DNA of 61,631 bases, counting the filler, from an uncultured Methanosarcinales archaeon (GTDB lineage: Archaea > Nanobdellota > Nanobdellia > Woesearchaeales > CAZPJY01), in the NCBI GenBank assembly GCA_964587045.1. It is 5 parts of 5 records of this genome, joined end to end, with 100 filler letters (N's around TTAATTAATTAA, not from the genome) between each part and the next. Parts side by side here need not be neighbours in the genome. Positions count along the whole stretch, not along the records: positions 28,451 to 40,426 come from CAZPJY010000038.1; 4 more parts are not named here. The stretch is one strand, 5' to 3'. Made by a program: the position numbers and the translations under genes. The notes beneath the pieces were generated by a model. That model had not been told where the DNA came from and did no database searches. It worked only from the letters and a program-made list of their open reading frames with translations. This document shows, in pieces, positions 28,451 to 38,659 of this stretch. Every line of letters starts with the position of its first letter. Within the stretch, counting starts at the first letter, position 1.

Positions 28451-28665
28451 TATTCTTCATCGATTTCGGGCTGAGCTTCTTTTCCAGGAAGGTCGAGGAC
28501 AGAGCAGTCGACCTGCACCTGCTCCGCCAGGCCCTCGAAAGCAGGCATCACGCGATTTGGGAAAAATCTTTCGAAGCGGTGCTTAAAGGATATGCTGCTG
28601 ATGACGCCGTCCTCTCCAGGCTGGAGACAGTTGAGGGAAGGGGAAGGTACAAGGGCAAGCGTTAA
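28451..28665 (+). CDS. bud32: KEOPS kinase Bud32, C-terminal fragment (5' truncated; absent from ORF track)
   Basis: manual translation FFIDFGLSFFSRKVEDRAVDLHLLRQALES...VEGRGRYKGKR*. Confidence 0.88.
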
Positions 28666-28720
28666 GTAAAAGCTTCTTTCTGATGCCCACGATGCGTTTG
28701 AAAGTCTTTTTGTGGCTGGC

Positions 28721-29126
28721 ATGGCAATCTCCCTATCATTGCTGGCTGGGGATTCCACACAGAGGAAGGTCACCCTAGACCAGGTTCTACTTGGCTGCCG
28801 GCCAGACGGACGTCGCAAGGTAGATGTATCGTGAGATGCGCGGAAGCTGAGCGAGGCCGGAGCAATCTTCGGCGACCTGGCCAGGATTTACTTCCTCTCA
28901 AGCCTGGATGGTGAGTCGGTGGGGGATTTCGGAAACGGCTTGCGGAAGGGGGGAGGATCCTGACGAAAGGACCTCTTATTACATTGCCAGGGGTTACGCC
29001 AAGCGCGGCTTGGGCACCGCGGCAGCTGCGGCCGAAGAGGAGCTCAAGAAAAGGTTCCCAAACAGCGTCTTTATCGGCATGCTGAAAGGATCCCAACCGC
29101 TCGCATATGACCTCATTCTTCACTGA
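28721..29126 (+). pseudogene. degraded GNAT (RimJ/RimL-like) acetyltransferase
   Basis: one frame gives IYFLSSLDGESVG then a stop; another gives YYIARGYAKRGLGTAAA (motif A); 5' boundary uncertain. Confidence 0.5.
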
Positions 29127-29991
29127 GGGTCGTGACCACAGGCTTCTCCTTTACGATGAGGGAATGCTCGGACTGCGCGACCATGCCACCATTCCTTTCG
29201 GGCAGGGGAGGGAAGGCTTCAATCATGCCCAGCTGCTGCATGTCCCTAAGGGCGTAGTTGGTCTGCGGTATGCCTATCTCCCTCGCAAGCCACCTTGTGG
29301 TGAACGGGAGGCCGTTGTATTTGCTGATGATTGCCAGCGCTTTCCTTGTGAAGGGGTTCCTGCTCGGGCGCTTGGCTATCTGACTGAACACCGTCGGATT
29401 GGACGATTCGTATATCATGCCCATCCCGTCGGTGGAGAAAGGCTCGATCGCTATGGTCTGGCCTTCGGTCAGTTGGGTCGGGTCTCCAGTGTCGACGTTG
29501 GGTATGGTCGGAGCGCAGTGGATGTTGAACCTGTCCAGTCCGTGTCCGGACAGGTTCTTGACGGGCGAGAAGTTCAGGGCTGTAATCTCGTCCTGGATGG
29601 CCTTGCCGATCTCAGCCAGCGTCACTCCGGGCCGGATGGTCTTGATCGCGGCTGCGAGGGCGTTTTGCGAGGCCTTGACCAGGTCCCGGTGGTCTCCCAG
29701 GTCTATCGAGACGGCTGTGTCGCCGATAGCGCCGTTGATGTGCACCCCCAGGTCGAGCTTGACCAGATCGCCCTCCTTGATCCGGGTGTCGTCCTCAGGG
29801 CCCGGGCAGAAGTGGGCGGCCACCTCGTTTATCGATATCTGGGCCGGGAAGGCGGGAGCACCACCTAGCTCTGCTATCCTCTTCTCCACCTGGTCGAGGA
29901 CTTCCCTCACCATCGCTCCGGGGACTATCAGCTTGCTACCGTAATCCCTGGCCTGGGCCGCTATCTTTCCTGCCTTTATCCAGTCATCCAT
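29113..29991 (-). CDS. map: methionine aminopeptidase type II
   Basis: AFP, AAHF, KLDLGVHING.IGDTA, NLSGH, AIEPF, AQSEHS. Confidence 0.96.
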   Translation of the reverse strand: MDDWIKAGKIAAQARDYGSKLIVPGAMVREVLDQVEKRIAELGGAPAFPAQISINEVAAHFCPGPEDDTRIKEGDLVKLDLGVHINGAIGDTAVSIDLGDHRDLVKASQNALAAAIKTIRPGVTLAEIGKAIQDEITALNFSPVKNLSGHGLDRFNIHCAPTIPNVDTGDPTQLTEGQTIAIEPFSTDGMGMIYESSNPTVFSQIAKRPSRNPFTRKALAIISKYNGLPFTTRWLAREIGIPQTNYALRDMQQLGMIEAFPPLPERNGGMVAQSEHSLIVKEKPVVTTLSEE

Positions 29992-30025
29992 TGCCAGTTG
30001 GAGACCGCGGGAGGTTTAAATAACT

Positions 30026-30475
30026 TTAGAAATCAGGCTTGTATTCGGGCTCATAGGATGCGATACTGGCCCGGATGTAAACATATTGAATCAGGATGCT
30101 CTCCTCGAGCCTCGCCTCTGGGAAGGTGAACTGGTCGATGCTGCTTACCGGAGCCGCATCCCATTCGACCCTTTCGATGATTTCCTTTCTGAGGTCTTTG
30201 GATTCTGCCATGCGCTCGCTTAGGTATCCCTTGAGCGTCTCTGGATCGACAGAAGCAGCTAGAGGTATCCTGCTCAGGTCGACGCTGACCCTGTAGCCGC
30301 CCTCAATGTAGTCGGGGACCGGGACGAACCGCCTGATTCCCCATGCTTCCGTGAGCCCGACGTCGTTGTCCCTGAGGATCTCTGATGATCCTTCGATGGT
30401 GTAGAGTTGCCCAGATAGAACTTTCTGGGTGATCTCATCGCAGATTTCCTCCTGTCGTTCGGTTGAAAGCGCCAT
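30026..30475 (-). CDS. hypothetical protein
   Basis: 149 aa ORF with TATA-like element upstream. Confidence 0.6.
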   Translation of the reverse strand: MALSTERQEEICDEITQKVLSGQLYTIEGSSEILRDNDVGLTEAWGIRRFVPVPDYIEGGYRVSVDLSRIPLAASVDPETLKGYLSERMAESKDLRKEIIERVEWDAAPVSSIDQFTFPEARLEESILIQYVYIRASIASYEPEYKPDF

Positions 30476-30590
30476 ATCGGCTATTATTCTCAGCCCATAT
30501 TAAAATCTTTCGTTTTTTATTACTTAATAGTAGTTATAATATGCTAGCTTTCCAGAAAACCTTTTATATAAGGTTTTACTAATATTTCTA

Positions 30591-31010
30591 ATGGGTAATC
30601 TGAGCCTGGAAGAAGCGATTGCTCTCGGCAAGAAATCATATGAGGAACATGACATCAAAGCCGAGAGGCAGGCGCTAAGCGCACTCCTCGGCCCAGCACA
30701 GTACTCCAATGTGACCAACTACATAACAAAAGGCCATACCCTATACTCAGACAAGGGCTATGCGGTCTTTGTCTATGGCAGGACGAACGATTCCAAAGTA
30801 GACCTCTCAGATATGCTAATCCTATACCTTAACGAAAAGCCAGTATTCGCCATCCAAGGGCCTCTCAAGATTGAGAAGGATGGATTTTTCCTGTTCGGCA
30901 AGAAGATCTGGGGCAAGTATGTAATCGATATGAGCCGGATTGAGGAGGTCGCACTCAGAGGACCTGAGGTCTTCGAATACCTGGGACAGGTCCTTCAACT
31001 CAATAAATGA
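30591..31010 (+). CDS. hypothetical protein
   Basis: 139 aa ORF after gaaaaccttttatata. Confidence 0.6.
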   Translation: MGNLSLEEAIALGKKSYEEHDIKAERQALSALLGPAQYSNVTNYITKGHTLYSDKGYAVFVYGRTNDSKVDLSDMLILYLNEKPVFAIQGPLKIEKDGFFLFGKKIWGKYVIDMSRIEEVALRGPEVFEYLGQVLQLNK

Positions 31011-31497
31011 TGGCGACGACCACTCTTTCCACGTCGGAGAAACGGACCCTCCATGGGTCAGGCGAAGGGTTGTTGTCACCCTGGAAGACCGCGTACCAAC
31101 CGTCCTCGTCCTGGCCGGTCTCGATTATCCTGTGGATGATGATCTCACCCTGAGGTGACTCATATGAGGCTATATCTCCTACCTTCAGTTCTGCAGGACT
31201 TTGCGGGACCAGCTCTATTGCGTTGGCTCCGTCGTCTATCACAGGGTCCATCGAGTTGGTGTCGGTAAAGGACGCCCATTCCGCATCCTTGATGTCCAGG
31301 ACTATGCGGTCATCATATACGTGGATCTGGCTCTCCCCCACCCTGTCACCAGGGGAGTCGAGCTCGTTGTCCTGCTCGCCGAGAAGGGTGGTGATGATGG
31401 GCTGCTCAGATATTTTGACCCCGGTGGATACGAAACTATGCGCAAGGAATCCTAATAGGAAGATTGAGGCTATGAGGACGAATGTCAGCATGCGCAT
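31000..31497 (-). CDS. S26-family signal peptidase-like protein
   Basis: N-terminal TM; TNSMDP, IIHRI, QGDNNPSPDP. Confidence 0.75.
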   Translation of the reverse strand: MRMLTFVLIASIFLLGFLAHSFVSTGVKISEQPIITTLLGEQDNELDSPGDRVGESQIHVYDDRIVLDIKDAEWASFTDTNSMDPVIDDGANAIELVPQSPAELKVGDIASYESPQGEIIIHRIIETGQDEDGWYAVFQGDNNPSPDPWRVRFSDVERVVVAIIY

Positions 31498-31615
31498 GTA
31501 ACCACCGATATAATAGGGAGATGGACACCCTCTTTATAAATCTTTCGTTTTTTTATCACTATAGAGTAGTTAAATGAGTAAAGTTTATTAATCATAACTG
31601 AATGCCACAAATAAC

Positions 31616-32539
31616 ATGCTCAATTACGTAACGCTCATAGAGGACTACTTCGGCCAGAAATTTAAAAAAGCCCCAAGAGTCAGGAAGAATACTGATCTCA
31701 CCAGATTCGTCGAGGCATTACGGGGTTTTCATAACAAAGTCACCTTTAGAGAATACGCAAATAACTCCCTAGGCAAGCTTGATTTCGCGATGAAAACAAC
31801 AGAAAACGTTAAACTACCTTATTTGTACGTTCCAACCAACAGGATAATGCTCAGCTCCAGGACAAATGATATCACAATGCTTCACGAATACATACACGCC
31901 TTCTGCTACCCATTATTATCAAAAAAGAATCTGAAAGTGGAAGCCAACTTTCTTACCAAGTTCAGTAATGGAACCCTCAGCAGAAAGGATATAGAAGTCA
32001 ATTTTTTCACAGATGCAATTAATGAGGGTATAGCTGAGTACGTCTCGCTGGAAATCGCAAAGGTAGCCGCAAAAAAAGAAGGTCGTGCGAGACTTCTCAA
32101 ACAATGCTATATGCGGGAGAGCGAACTCTCGTCAAGCGGTTACGACATCCAGGACCATAGTCCAAGCCCTCTCACGCTGAACAGGAGAGCCTATGGTTAC
32201 ATCGAAACTGACGACATACTATCCCTCGTTTTCCAAGCCTACGAAAAAATAGAAAACAAAATCAGAGCACATGGAGAAATCTTTGATATCCTAAGGTCCA
32301 TTAAATACGCTACAGGCTACCACCTCGTCAGATCAGCTGTAGAGATTTACGGACTCGAAAAGGAAAAACTTCCAGAGCTTATGAAGATAAAGCTCAACCT
32401 CCAAGATTATTCCTCCATTGTATTCCACAAGGAGAATAAAGAAGAAATAATCAAGTCCTTGGAAAAACAGAAGGAAATATTCAATGACAGAATCTTCTCA
32501 ATACTAGAGACAATATTATTTCAGCCTGACCGTCTCTAG
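31616..32539 (+). CDS. hypothetical zinc metallopeptidase-like protein (low GC)
   Basis: HEYIH plus downstream NEGIAEY (gluzincin-like). Confidence 0.6.
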   Translation: MLNYVTLIEDYFGQKFKKAPRVRKNTDLTRFVEALRGFHNKVTFREYANNSLGKLDFAMKTTENVKLPYLYVPTNRIMLSSRTNDITMLHEYIHAFCYPLLSKKNLKVEANFLTKFSNGTLSRKDIEVNFFTDAINEGIAEYVSLEIAKVAAKKEGRARLLKQCYMRESELSSSGYDIQDHSPSPLTLNRRAYGYIETDDILSLVFQAYEKIENKIRAHGEIFDILRSIKYATGYHLVRSAVEIYGLEKEKLPELMKIKLNLQDYSSIVFHKENKEEIIKSLEKQKEIFNDRIFSILETILFQPDRL

Positions 32540-34411
32540 GTTGCGCGGAGCCACGGTCTCGAGCCTGTACTGCTTGTGTATCGACGACGCGAGGTCAAGG
32601 CATCTCGAGTTCTCGCCGTGGTTGATGATGACTTTCTTGGGCCTGGGATTTATGCGGTGTATGTAGTTCATCAGCTCCCGCCTGCTCGAGTGGCCTGTGA
32701 GGCCGTCGATGGTGAAGATGCCCATCTTGATTATCATCATTTCGGTCTTAGACGCGCCGTTGCGCATGCCGATCTCCCGTTCGCCCCGCTGTATCCTCCT
32801 GCCCAAAGAGCCGGGGCCCTGATAGCAGGTGAAAATCATCGAATTCTTGGGATTGTCAGAAAGCTCCTTGAGGTACTCGACCGACGCGCCGCCGACAAGC
32901 ATTCCGCTCGTCGCTAGGACTATGCACGAGCCGCTCTCCTCGAGCAACTGCTGGCGCTCCTTCTTGGAGCCGACCCGCTTGAAGATATCGGAAAGGAAGG
33001 GGTTCTGGTTGCGGTGGAAGATAAGCTTCCTCACATGAGAGTTGAGGAACTCCGGATACGCCGTGTGGATGGCGGTAACATCCCACACCATGCCGTCGAT
33101 GTACACCGGAACCTTAGGTATCTGGCCGTTCCTGACCATCTCCTCGACAATAAGGAGCACCTCCTGGGCCCTTCCAACACCGAGCACGGGCAAGAGAACC
33201 TTGCCACCATTCCTGATGGTCTCAGAGATTATCTGCGAGAACTCGCGATCGCACTCCTTCTTCGAAGGAAGTATATTGTCTTTCCCGCCGTAGGTGGACT
33301 CTATCATCAAAGTCTCTACGCGCGGAAAGTCGGCGGCAGCTGGGTCGAGCAGGTTGGACCTTCCGAACTTCATGTCAGCCGAGTAAACGAAGTTGTGCAG
33401 GCCGTTGCCTATGTGCATGTGCACTATGCTGCTGCCCAGTATGTGGCCGGCGTTGTAGAAAGTGATGCGCACGTCAGGGGTGATGTCAGTCACCTCGCCG
33501 TACTCGAGGGTTATGGTCTGCTTGACCATCTCCTTGACCTCCTCGCTAGTGTACAAGGGGTCTTTGCCCTCGGCTCTCTGAATCTTGACCAGGTCAAGCT
33601 GCAGAAGAGCGCTGACATCGCGGGTCGGGGCAGTGCAATAGATGGGTCCCTTGTATCCGAACTTGATCAGGTAAGGCAGGAATCCGCAGTGGTCGAGGTG
33701 GGAATGGGATATGATGATAGCATCGAGCTCGTCAATCTTAAATTCAGGTGCCTCGAGATAGGGATAGGCATGCTCGTCAGACGCGACATTGATCCCGCAG
33801 TCGAGCAGTATCCGAGACTCAGGGGTCTGGAGCAGAATGCAACTCCTGCCAACCTCCCTACCAGAGCCAAGCATGGTCAGCCTGACCCATTCCTGCTTCT
33901 TGCCCCTCACCCAACCGTCATAGATACGCTTGCCTGTCTTGTTGAGGAACTTGCGCCTGAAATCGTTGTTCTGATATAAAACCGCTCTTATGTTCTCGAT
34001 GAGCTCTGAGCGTATGGCAGGCGTCCGCTTTATCAGAGGGACCCACATGGTCTTCTCCCTGATGTCGCGCAGGATGCTCCCCTGCTTGCCTATGACCAAG
34101 CCAGGCTTCTCAGCCTCGATTATGACCTGGGAGCGCTGGGGGTCGAACTGCACCTGCCCCACCTTAGCCTCCTCAGGTATGAACTCGCGGATAATCGTCT
34201 CGGCAGGCTCCATCTCCATCACGATTGAAGGGTCCGGTCGAAGCTCGATCCTCTTCTTGATACTGTTGACTATCTTCCTTATCATCCCCTGGTTGTCGAG
34301 GAAGAATTCCTTGTCCTTGGTATAGAGGACGATGTTGGCGCCCTCAAAACCAGCCTCGGATATCTTATCCTCTGGCAAGTTCTTTAATATTTCCTTTAAT
34401 ATTTCACTCAT
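32516..34411 (-). CDS. fttA: beta-CASP ribonuclease aCPSF1 / transcription termination factor FttA
   Basis: N-terminal KH (KPGLVIGKQG), EVGRSC, SHSHLDH, AGHILGS, ESTYGG, NHGE. Confidence 0.96.
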   Translation of the reverse strand: MSEILKEILKNLPEDKISEAGFEGANIVLYTKDKEFFLDNQGMIRKIVNSIKKRIELRPDPSIVMEMEPAETIIREFIPEEAKVGQVQFDPQRSQVIIEAEKPGLVIGKQGSILRDIREKTMWVPLIKRTPAIRSELIENIRAVLYQNNDFRRKFLNKTGKRIYDGWVRGKKQEWVRLTMLGSGREVGRSCILLQTPESRILLDCGINVASDEHAYPYLEAPEFKIDELDAIIISHSHLDHCGFLPYLIKFGYKGPIYCTAPTRDVSALLQLDLVKIQRAEGKDPLYTSEEVKEMVKQTITLEYGEVTDITPDVRITFYNAGHILGSSIVHMHIGNGLHNFVYSADMKFGRSNLLDPAAADFPRVETLMIESTYGGKDNILPSKKECDREFSQIISETIRNGGKVLLPVLGVGRAQEVLLIVEEMVRNGQIPKVPVYIDGMVWDVTAIHTAYPEFLNSHVRKLIFHRNQNPFLSDIFKRVGSKKERQQLLEESGSCIVLATSGMLVGGASVEYLKELSDNPKNSMIFTCYQGPGSLGRRIQRGEREIGMRNGASKTEMMIIKMGIFTIDGLTGHSSRRELMNYIHRINPRPKKVIINHGENSRCLDLASSIHKQYRLETVAPRNLETVRLK

Positions 34412-34427
34412 TGTTACATCAGAGAAA

Positions 34428-35069
34428 TTACTTGTTCAGATCCACAGTGACTTCTTTCTTTTCCAAGAGCTTTAAGCCCTCTTTTGTGACAGCCACTATT
34501 TCTATACCGTCCCCGGATGCGGAGTCGTGCTTGAGCGCCGCGTTCACAGCCTTGATCGCCACTGTCTTAGCCTCTTCGATAGTGAGGTCAGGCTTGTAAA
34601 GCGTCTCCAGCACGCCGTAGGCTATTACGCTCCCGGATCCTGATGAAATGTACTCGGTTACCTCTGAGAGCGAACCGTCAGGGAAAACATCATACAGATG
34701 GAAGCCTTCCTCATCGGTCCCCCCAAAAAGGAAATGTGCAATTCCAGGGATCATGCTCATCTTGCGGATATTGGCGTATACCATCCCAGCGAGAAGGTTT
34801 GCTCCCTCTTTTATGGTCGACTCCCCACCGCCATTCCTTATACGTTTGAGACGCAGCTCGGCCTTCAGCAATTTCACGAGCAGCTGGGCGTCAGAGACGG
34901 TTCCCGCAATCGTCAGACAGGATGTGTCGGTCACGGGAAGGACCTTCCTCGCCCTCCGGTCGACAATGTAATTGCCGGCAGTCGCCCTGCGGTCTGCGGC
35001 AAACAGCACGCCATCTTTGCATAAGATACCTATCGTGGTAGTTCCAGTTTTCAGAGTTTCATCGCTCAT
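34428..35069 (-). CDS. psmB: proteasome subunit beta
   Basis: LKTG|TTTIG propeptide site, AADRRAT, AGTVSDAQ, SSGSGS, RDS-like HDSASGDG. Confidence 0.96.
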   Translation of the reverse strand: MSDETLKTGTTTIGILCKDGVLFAADRRATAGNYIVDRRARKVLPVTDTSCLTIAGTVSDAQLLVKLLKAELRLKRIRNGGGESTIKEGANLLAGMVYANIRKMSMIPGIAHFLFGGTDEEGFHLYDVFPDGSLSEVTEYISSGSGSVIAYGVLETLYKPDLTIEEAKTVAIKAVNAALKHDSASGDGIEIVAVTKEGLKLLEKKEVTVDLNK

Positions 35070-35236
35070 TGCTATCCCCTTAGCTTGCGGAATAAGCCCC
35101 TAAGCAGAAAAAATTTCAAGTATGAGGAATGGCAAGTAATATATAAAATTTTCTAATTATGTCTCCACGTCGGAATTGCACCGTCATACAGGTCACCCAG
35201 AAAACTTTATTAATCACCATCCATTCCAAGGCTCCA

Positions 35237-36226
35237 ATGGTCAAGGCGCGTTCGCGCAAATCGCGTAGGAAGAGGGGGGGTAAACAGGTCTTTCAAACCG
35301 CCCCCGAAGCGGCACCTGTTCAGAAGGCAAAGCCGAGCAGGAACATCTTTGACAGGATTTATGACACGCACTACAAGAAGCTGCTCATAATCCCTGTTGT
35401 CATCTTTCTCGTCGCCGTTTCGCTGATAGGGTGGAAACTGGCAGCCACCGGCGACTTCATGAATAGGGGGGTGTCTCTGAAGGGGGGAATCACCCTGACA
35501 GTCACCCGGACAGGTGATTTTGACCTGGTGACCCTCGGGAACAAGCTATCCTCCGTTCTTCCAGGGGCAGACATATCAGTGAGAGGACTCAAGAGCGGCA
35601 CCGAATCGATAGGATTCATAATCGACGCGGACTTCACAGACGAGCAATCAGTCGACCTGCTAATTGCAACCGTCAGGGAAGAGCTCGGTGACTTGAACGA
35701 AGACGACTACACCATCGAGACTATTGGGTCATCCCTCGGGCAGAGTTTCTTCAGGGAGACCTTCACAGCCCTCATAATAGCATTCATCCTCATGAGCATA
35801 CTCGTGTTCCTCTTCTTCAGGGTGGCAGTCCCGTCACTCGCGGTCATCCTCGCAGCAGTATCGGACATAATTGTCACATTAGCCATCGTAAACTTGATCG
35901 GCATGAAGATATCCACTGCAGGCATCGCCGCGTTCCTCATGCTCATCGGCTACTCGATCGACACCGACATACTGCTCTCCACGCGCGTCCTTAAACGCAA
36001 GGAGGGCACTGTCTATGACAGGGTGAAAGGAGCCCTATTGACAGGAGGTACGATGACCATCACAACCCTCGTCGCAGTGACCGTCGCCTTGATATTTGCC
36101 GAATCAGACGTCCTGTCACAGATAATGGCAATCCTCCTCATCGGGCTGCTCGTAGACCTGGTATACACCTGGCTCATGAACGCCGGACTACTCAGACTTT
36201 ACATGCACAGGGTGAAACATGATTAA
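35237..36226 (+). CDS. secF: protein translocase subunit SecF
   Basis: GVSLKGG, IGSSLG, IAAFLMLIGYSIDTDILL. Confidence 0.93.
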   Translation: MVKARSRKSRRKRGGKQVFQTAPEAAPVQKAKPSRNIFDRIYDTHYKKLLIIPVVIFLVAVSLIGWKLAATGDFMNRGVSLKGGITLTVTRTGDFDLVTLGNKLSSVLPGADISVRGLKSGTESIGFIIDADFTDEQSVDLLIATVREELGDLNEDDYTIETIGSSLGQSFFRETFTALIIAFILMSILVFLFFRVAVPSLAVILAAVSDIIVTLAIVNLIGMKISTAGIAAFLMLIGYSIDTDILLSTRVLKRKEGTVYDRVKGALLTGGTMTITTLVAVTVALIFAESDVLSQIMAILLIGLLVDLVYTWLMNAGLLRLYMHRVKHD

Positions 36227-37940
36227 GCAAATCTTCACCAAACCGAGAATCATCATCCTTATAGTTTTCCTGCTCCTCGCACTCGTGGCAATACATCCGA
36301 ACTTCTCAAATGAAGGCGTGGTCGTAAGGAATGTCTTGCGCAATAGCTCAGCCAGCCTCGCAGGAATCGAAAGCCCGACGCCAACGACAACTCCGATGGC
36401 TCGGGAGAGGATAACCTCAATTAACAATGTCGTGATAAAAGACATGGACGACTATTACGAAGCCGTTGAGGGCATGCAGTACAACAGGACATACAAGTTC
36501 TCCACAACAAAAGGGGTGTACTACATCACGCCAAAGCCCATCACCGATGTTGAGGAATTGAACGAGACCGAGAATATCACGAGGCCCGTGGTGGTGCAAG
36601 AGAACGTATCGGTGAACGGCACCTGGACGCTGATGAACGTAACCAAGAACGAGACTGTTGAGGTGCCCAAAACCATCACCCACATCCTGGGCACAGCGGA
36701 CATAGGCCTGCGCGTCTCGGAAGCACCCACGACCAACCTCCGGAAAGGCCTTGACCTGCAGGGAGGAACAAGAGTTCTCCTCCAGCCTGAAGAGGAGGTC
36801 AGCCCTGAAGACATGTCCCTAATAATAAGCAACCTCCAGGAGAGGCTCAACGTCTACGGCCTGAGCGACGTCGTAGTGAGGGAGTCGGGAGACCTTTCGG
36901 GCAACTCCTACATATTGGTTGAGATAGCCGGGGCGAACGACGAGGAGATTAGGGAGCTGCTGGCCAAGCAGGGCAAGTTCGAGGCGACAATCGGAAACCA
37001 GACAGTGTTCAAAGGAGGCGAGGACATCACCTACGTCTGCAGGTCAGCGGAATGCTCAGGTATAGATCCGCAGAGGGGATGCGGCCAGGCCTCTGCAGAC
37101 CAGTGGTCCTGCAGGTTCAGGTTCAGCATATCACTGACACCTGCTGCAGCCGCGAGGCAGGCTGACTTGACCAAGGACCTGACTGTGGAAACCGACGATT
37201 CTGGCTACGGCTACCTGTCTCAGAGCCTCGACCTTTATCTCGATGACAGCCTCGTAGACAGCCTCAGGATAGCAGAAGACCTTAAAGGTGTCGCTGCAAC
37301 CGAGATATCCATCACAGGCTCAGGCATAGGCCCGTCGCGGGAGGCAGCGGTCTTCGACGCACTGAACAACATGAAAAGGCTGCAGACCATACTCGTCACA
37401 GGAAGCCTGCCGGTAAGCCTTGACGTGGTCAAGAGCGACTCCATCTCACCAGTTCTCGGCGAAGAGTTCCTCAAGAACTCCCTGCTCATCGGGCTGCTTG
37501 CCATACTCAGCGTCAGCGTGGTCGTAAGCGTCAGGTACCGCAACCTGAAGATAACCCTGCCCATAATTATCACCATGATGTCAGAGGTCATCCTCCTCCT
37601 AGGCCTCGCAGCCCTTATAGGATGGAACCTGGACCTCGCGGCCATCGCGGGAATCATCATCGCAGTCGGCACAGGGGTCGACGACCAGATCGTGATAACT
37701 GACGAGACGCTCAAGGGAGAGAAGTCCACATCCAGCAACTGGAAGGCCAGGTTCAAGAAAGCTTTCTTCATAATCATGGCAGCCTACGCCACGACAGTAG
37801 CGGCCATGCTGCCGTTGTGGTTCGCCGGTGCAGGCCTCCTCAAAGGCTTTGCCATCACGACCATCTTCGGAGTGACATTCGGAGTGTTCATAACTAGGCC
37901 AGCCTTCGCAGTGATGATCGAACAGCTGCTGAGGGACTGA
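36219..37940 (+). CDS. secD: protein translocase subunit SecD
   Basis: KGLDLQGGTR, ERLNVYGL, GSLPV, ISPVLG, GTGVDDQIVI, LKGFA. Confidence 0.94.
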   Translation: MIKQIFTKPRIIILIVFLLLALVAIHPNFSNEGVVVRNVLRNSSASLAGIESPTPTTTPMARERITSINNVVIKDMDDYYEAVEGMQYNRTYKFSTTKGVYYITPKPITDVEELNETENITRPVVVQENVSVNGTWTLMNVTKNETVEVPKTITHILGTADIGLRVSEAPTTNLRKGLDLQGGTRVLLQPEEEVSPEDMSLIISNLQERLNVYGLSDVVVRESGDLSGNSYILVEIAGANDEEIRELLAKQGKFEATIGNQTVFKGGEDITYVCRSAECSGIDPQRGCGQASADQWSCRFRFSISLTPAAAARQADLTKDLTVETDDSGYGYLSQSLDLYLDDSLVDSLRIAEDLKGVAATEISITGSGIGPSREAAVFDALNNMKRLQTILVTGSLPVSLDVVKSDSISPVLGEEFLKNSLLIGLLAILSVSVVVSVRYRNLKITLPIIITMMSEVILLLGLAALIGWNLDLAAIAGIIIAVGTGVDDQIVITDETLKGEKSTSSNWKARFKKAFFIIMAAYATTVAAMLPLWFAGAGLLKGFAITTIFGVTFGVFITRPAFAVMIEQLLRD

Positions 37941-37942
37941 CC

Positions 37943-38314
37943 TTGACCAAGCTTTGGGCTATCGGGCTGGTCATCTTCTGCACTCTGCTGACGTCAGCTG
38001 CCCAAGTCTTTCTGAAGGTAGCATCCAAATCCCTGTCACTTTCCGTCATCGCGCTCATCACAAATGTGCCACTTGTTGTGGGCATGCTTCTATATGTCAC
38101 GGCAGGGGTGCTCCTGGTAATTGCCTTGAGGGGAGGGGAACTATCGGTCCTCTACCCCTTGATTGCGACGAGCTTCATCTGGGTCACGCTGCTTTCGGCC
38201 CACTTCTTCGGAGAGCCTTTGTCCTTCTTGAAGTGGATGGGGGTCGTTAGCATTCTGGGTGGCGTCACGCTGATCGGTATAGGCAGTCAGGTAAGCGGGA
38301 GGAGTACAGCATGA
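37943..38314 (+). CDS. small DMT/EamA (SMR-like) transporter subunit
   Basis: 4 TM; AQVFLK, GELSVLYPL; TTG start. Confidence 0.85.
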   Translation: MTKLWAIGLVIFCTLLTSAAQVFLKVASKSLSLSVIALITNVPLVVGMLLYVTAGVLLVIALRGGELSVLYPLIATSFIWVTLLSAHFFGEPLSFLKWMGVVSILGGVTLIGIGSQVSGRSTA

Positions 38315-38655
38315 ATGCGGAACCTTGGGCGATTTTGCTCATCGTGCTCGCCACGATAGTCGCAGCAGTTGGATCGGTCCTCTTAAAGATAGGTGCAGGT
38401 AAGCTCAAGAAGAGCCTCACCGCCATCATCAAGAACTGGCAGGTCCTGCTCGGATTCTGCTTCTACGGCACGGGTTCGATAATGTTCGTCCCAGCCCTCA
38501 GGGGAGGCGACCTATCTGTCTTGTTCCCTATCACATCGCTCACTTACATATGGACAGTACTGCTCTCAAAGAAGGTCTTAAACGAGACCATCAACTCATG
38601 GAAATGGATCGGGATAGCCCTTATTATGGTAGGGGTCATCCTGATCGCTAGGTGA
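38311..38655 (+). CDS. small DMT/EamA (SMR-like) transporter subunit
   Basis: 4 TM; GDLSVLFPITSLTYIW; paralog of the upstream gene. Confidence 0.85.
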   Translation: MNAEPWAILLIVLATIVAAVGSVLLKIGAGKLKKSLTAIIKNWQVLLGFCFYGTGSIMFVPALRGGDLSVLFPITSLTYIWTVLLSKKVLNETINSWKWIGIALIMVGVILIAR

Positions 38656-38659
38656 TATC

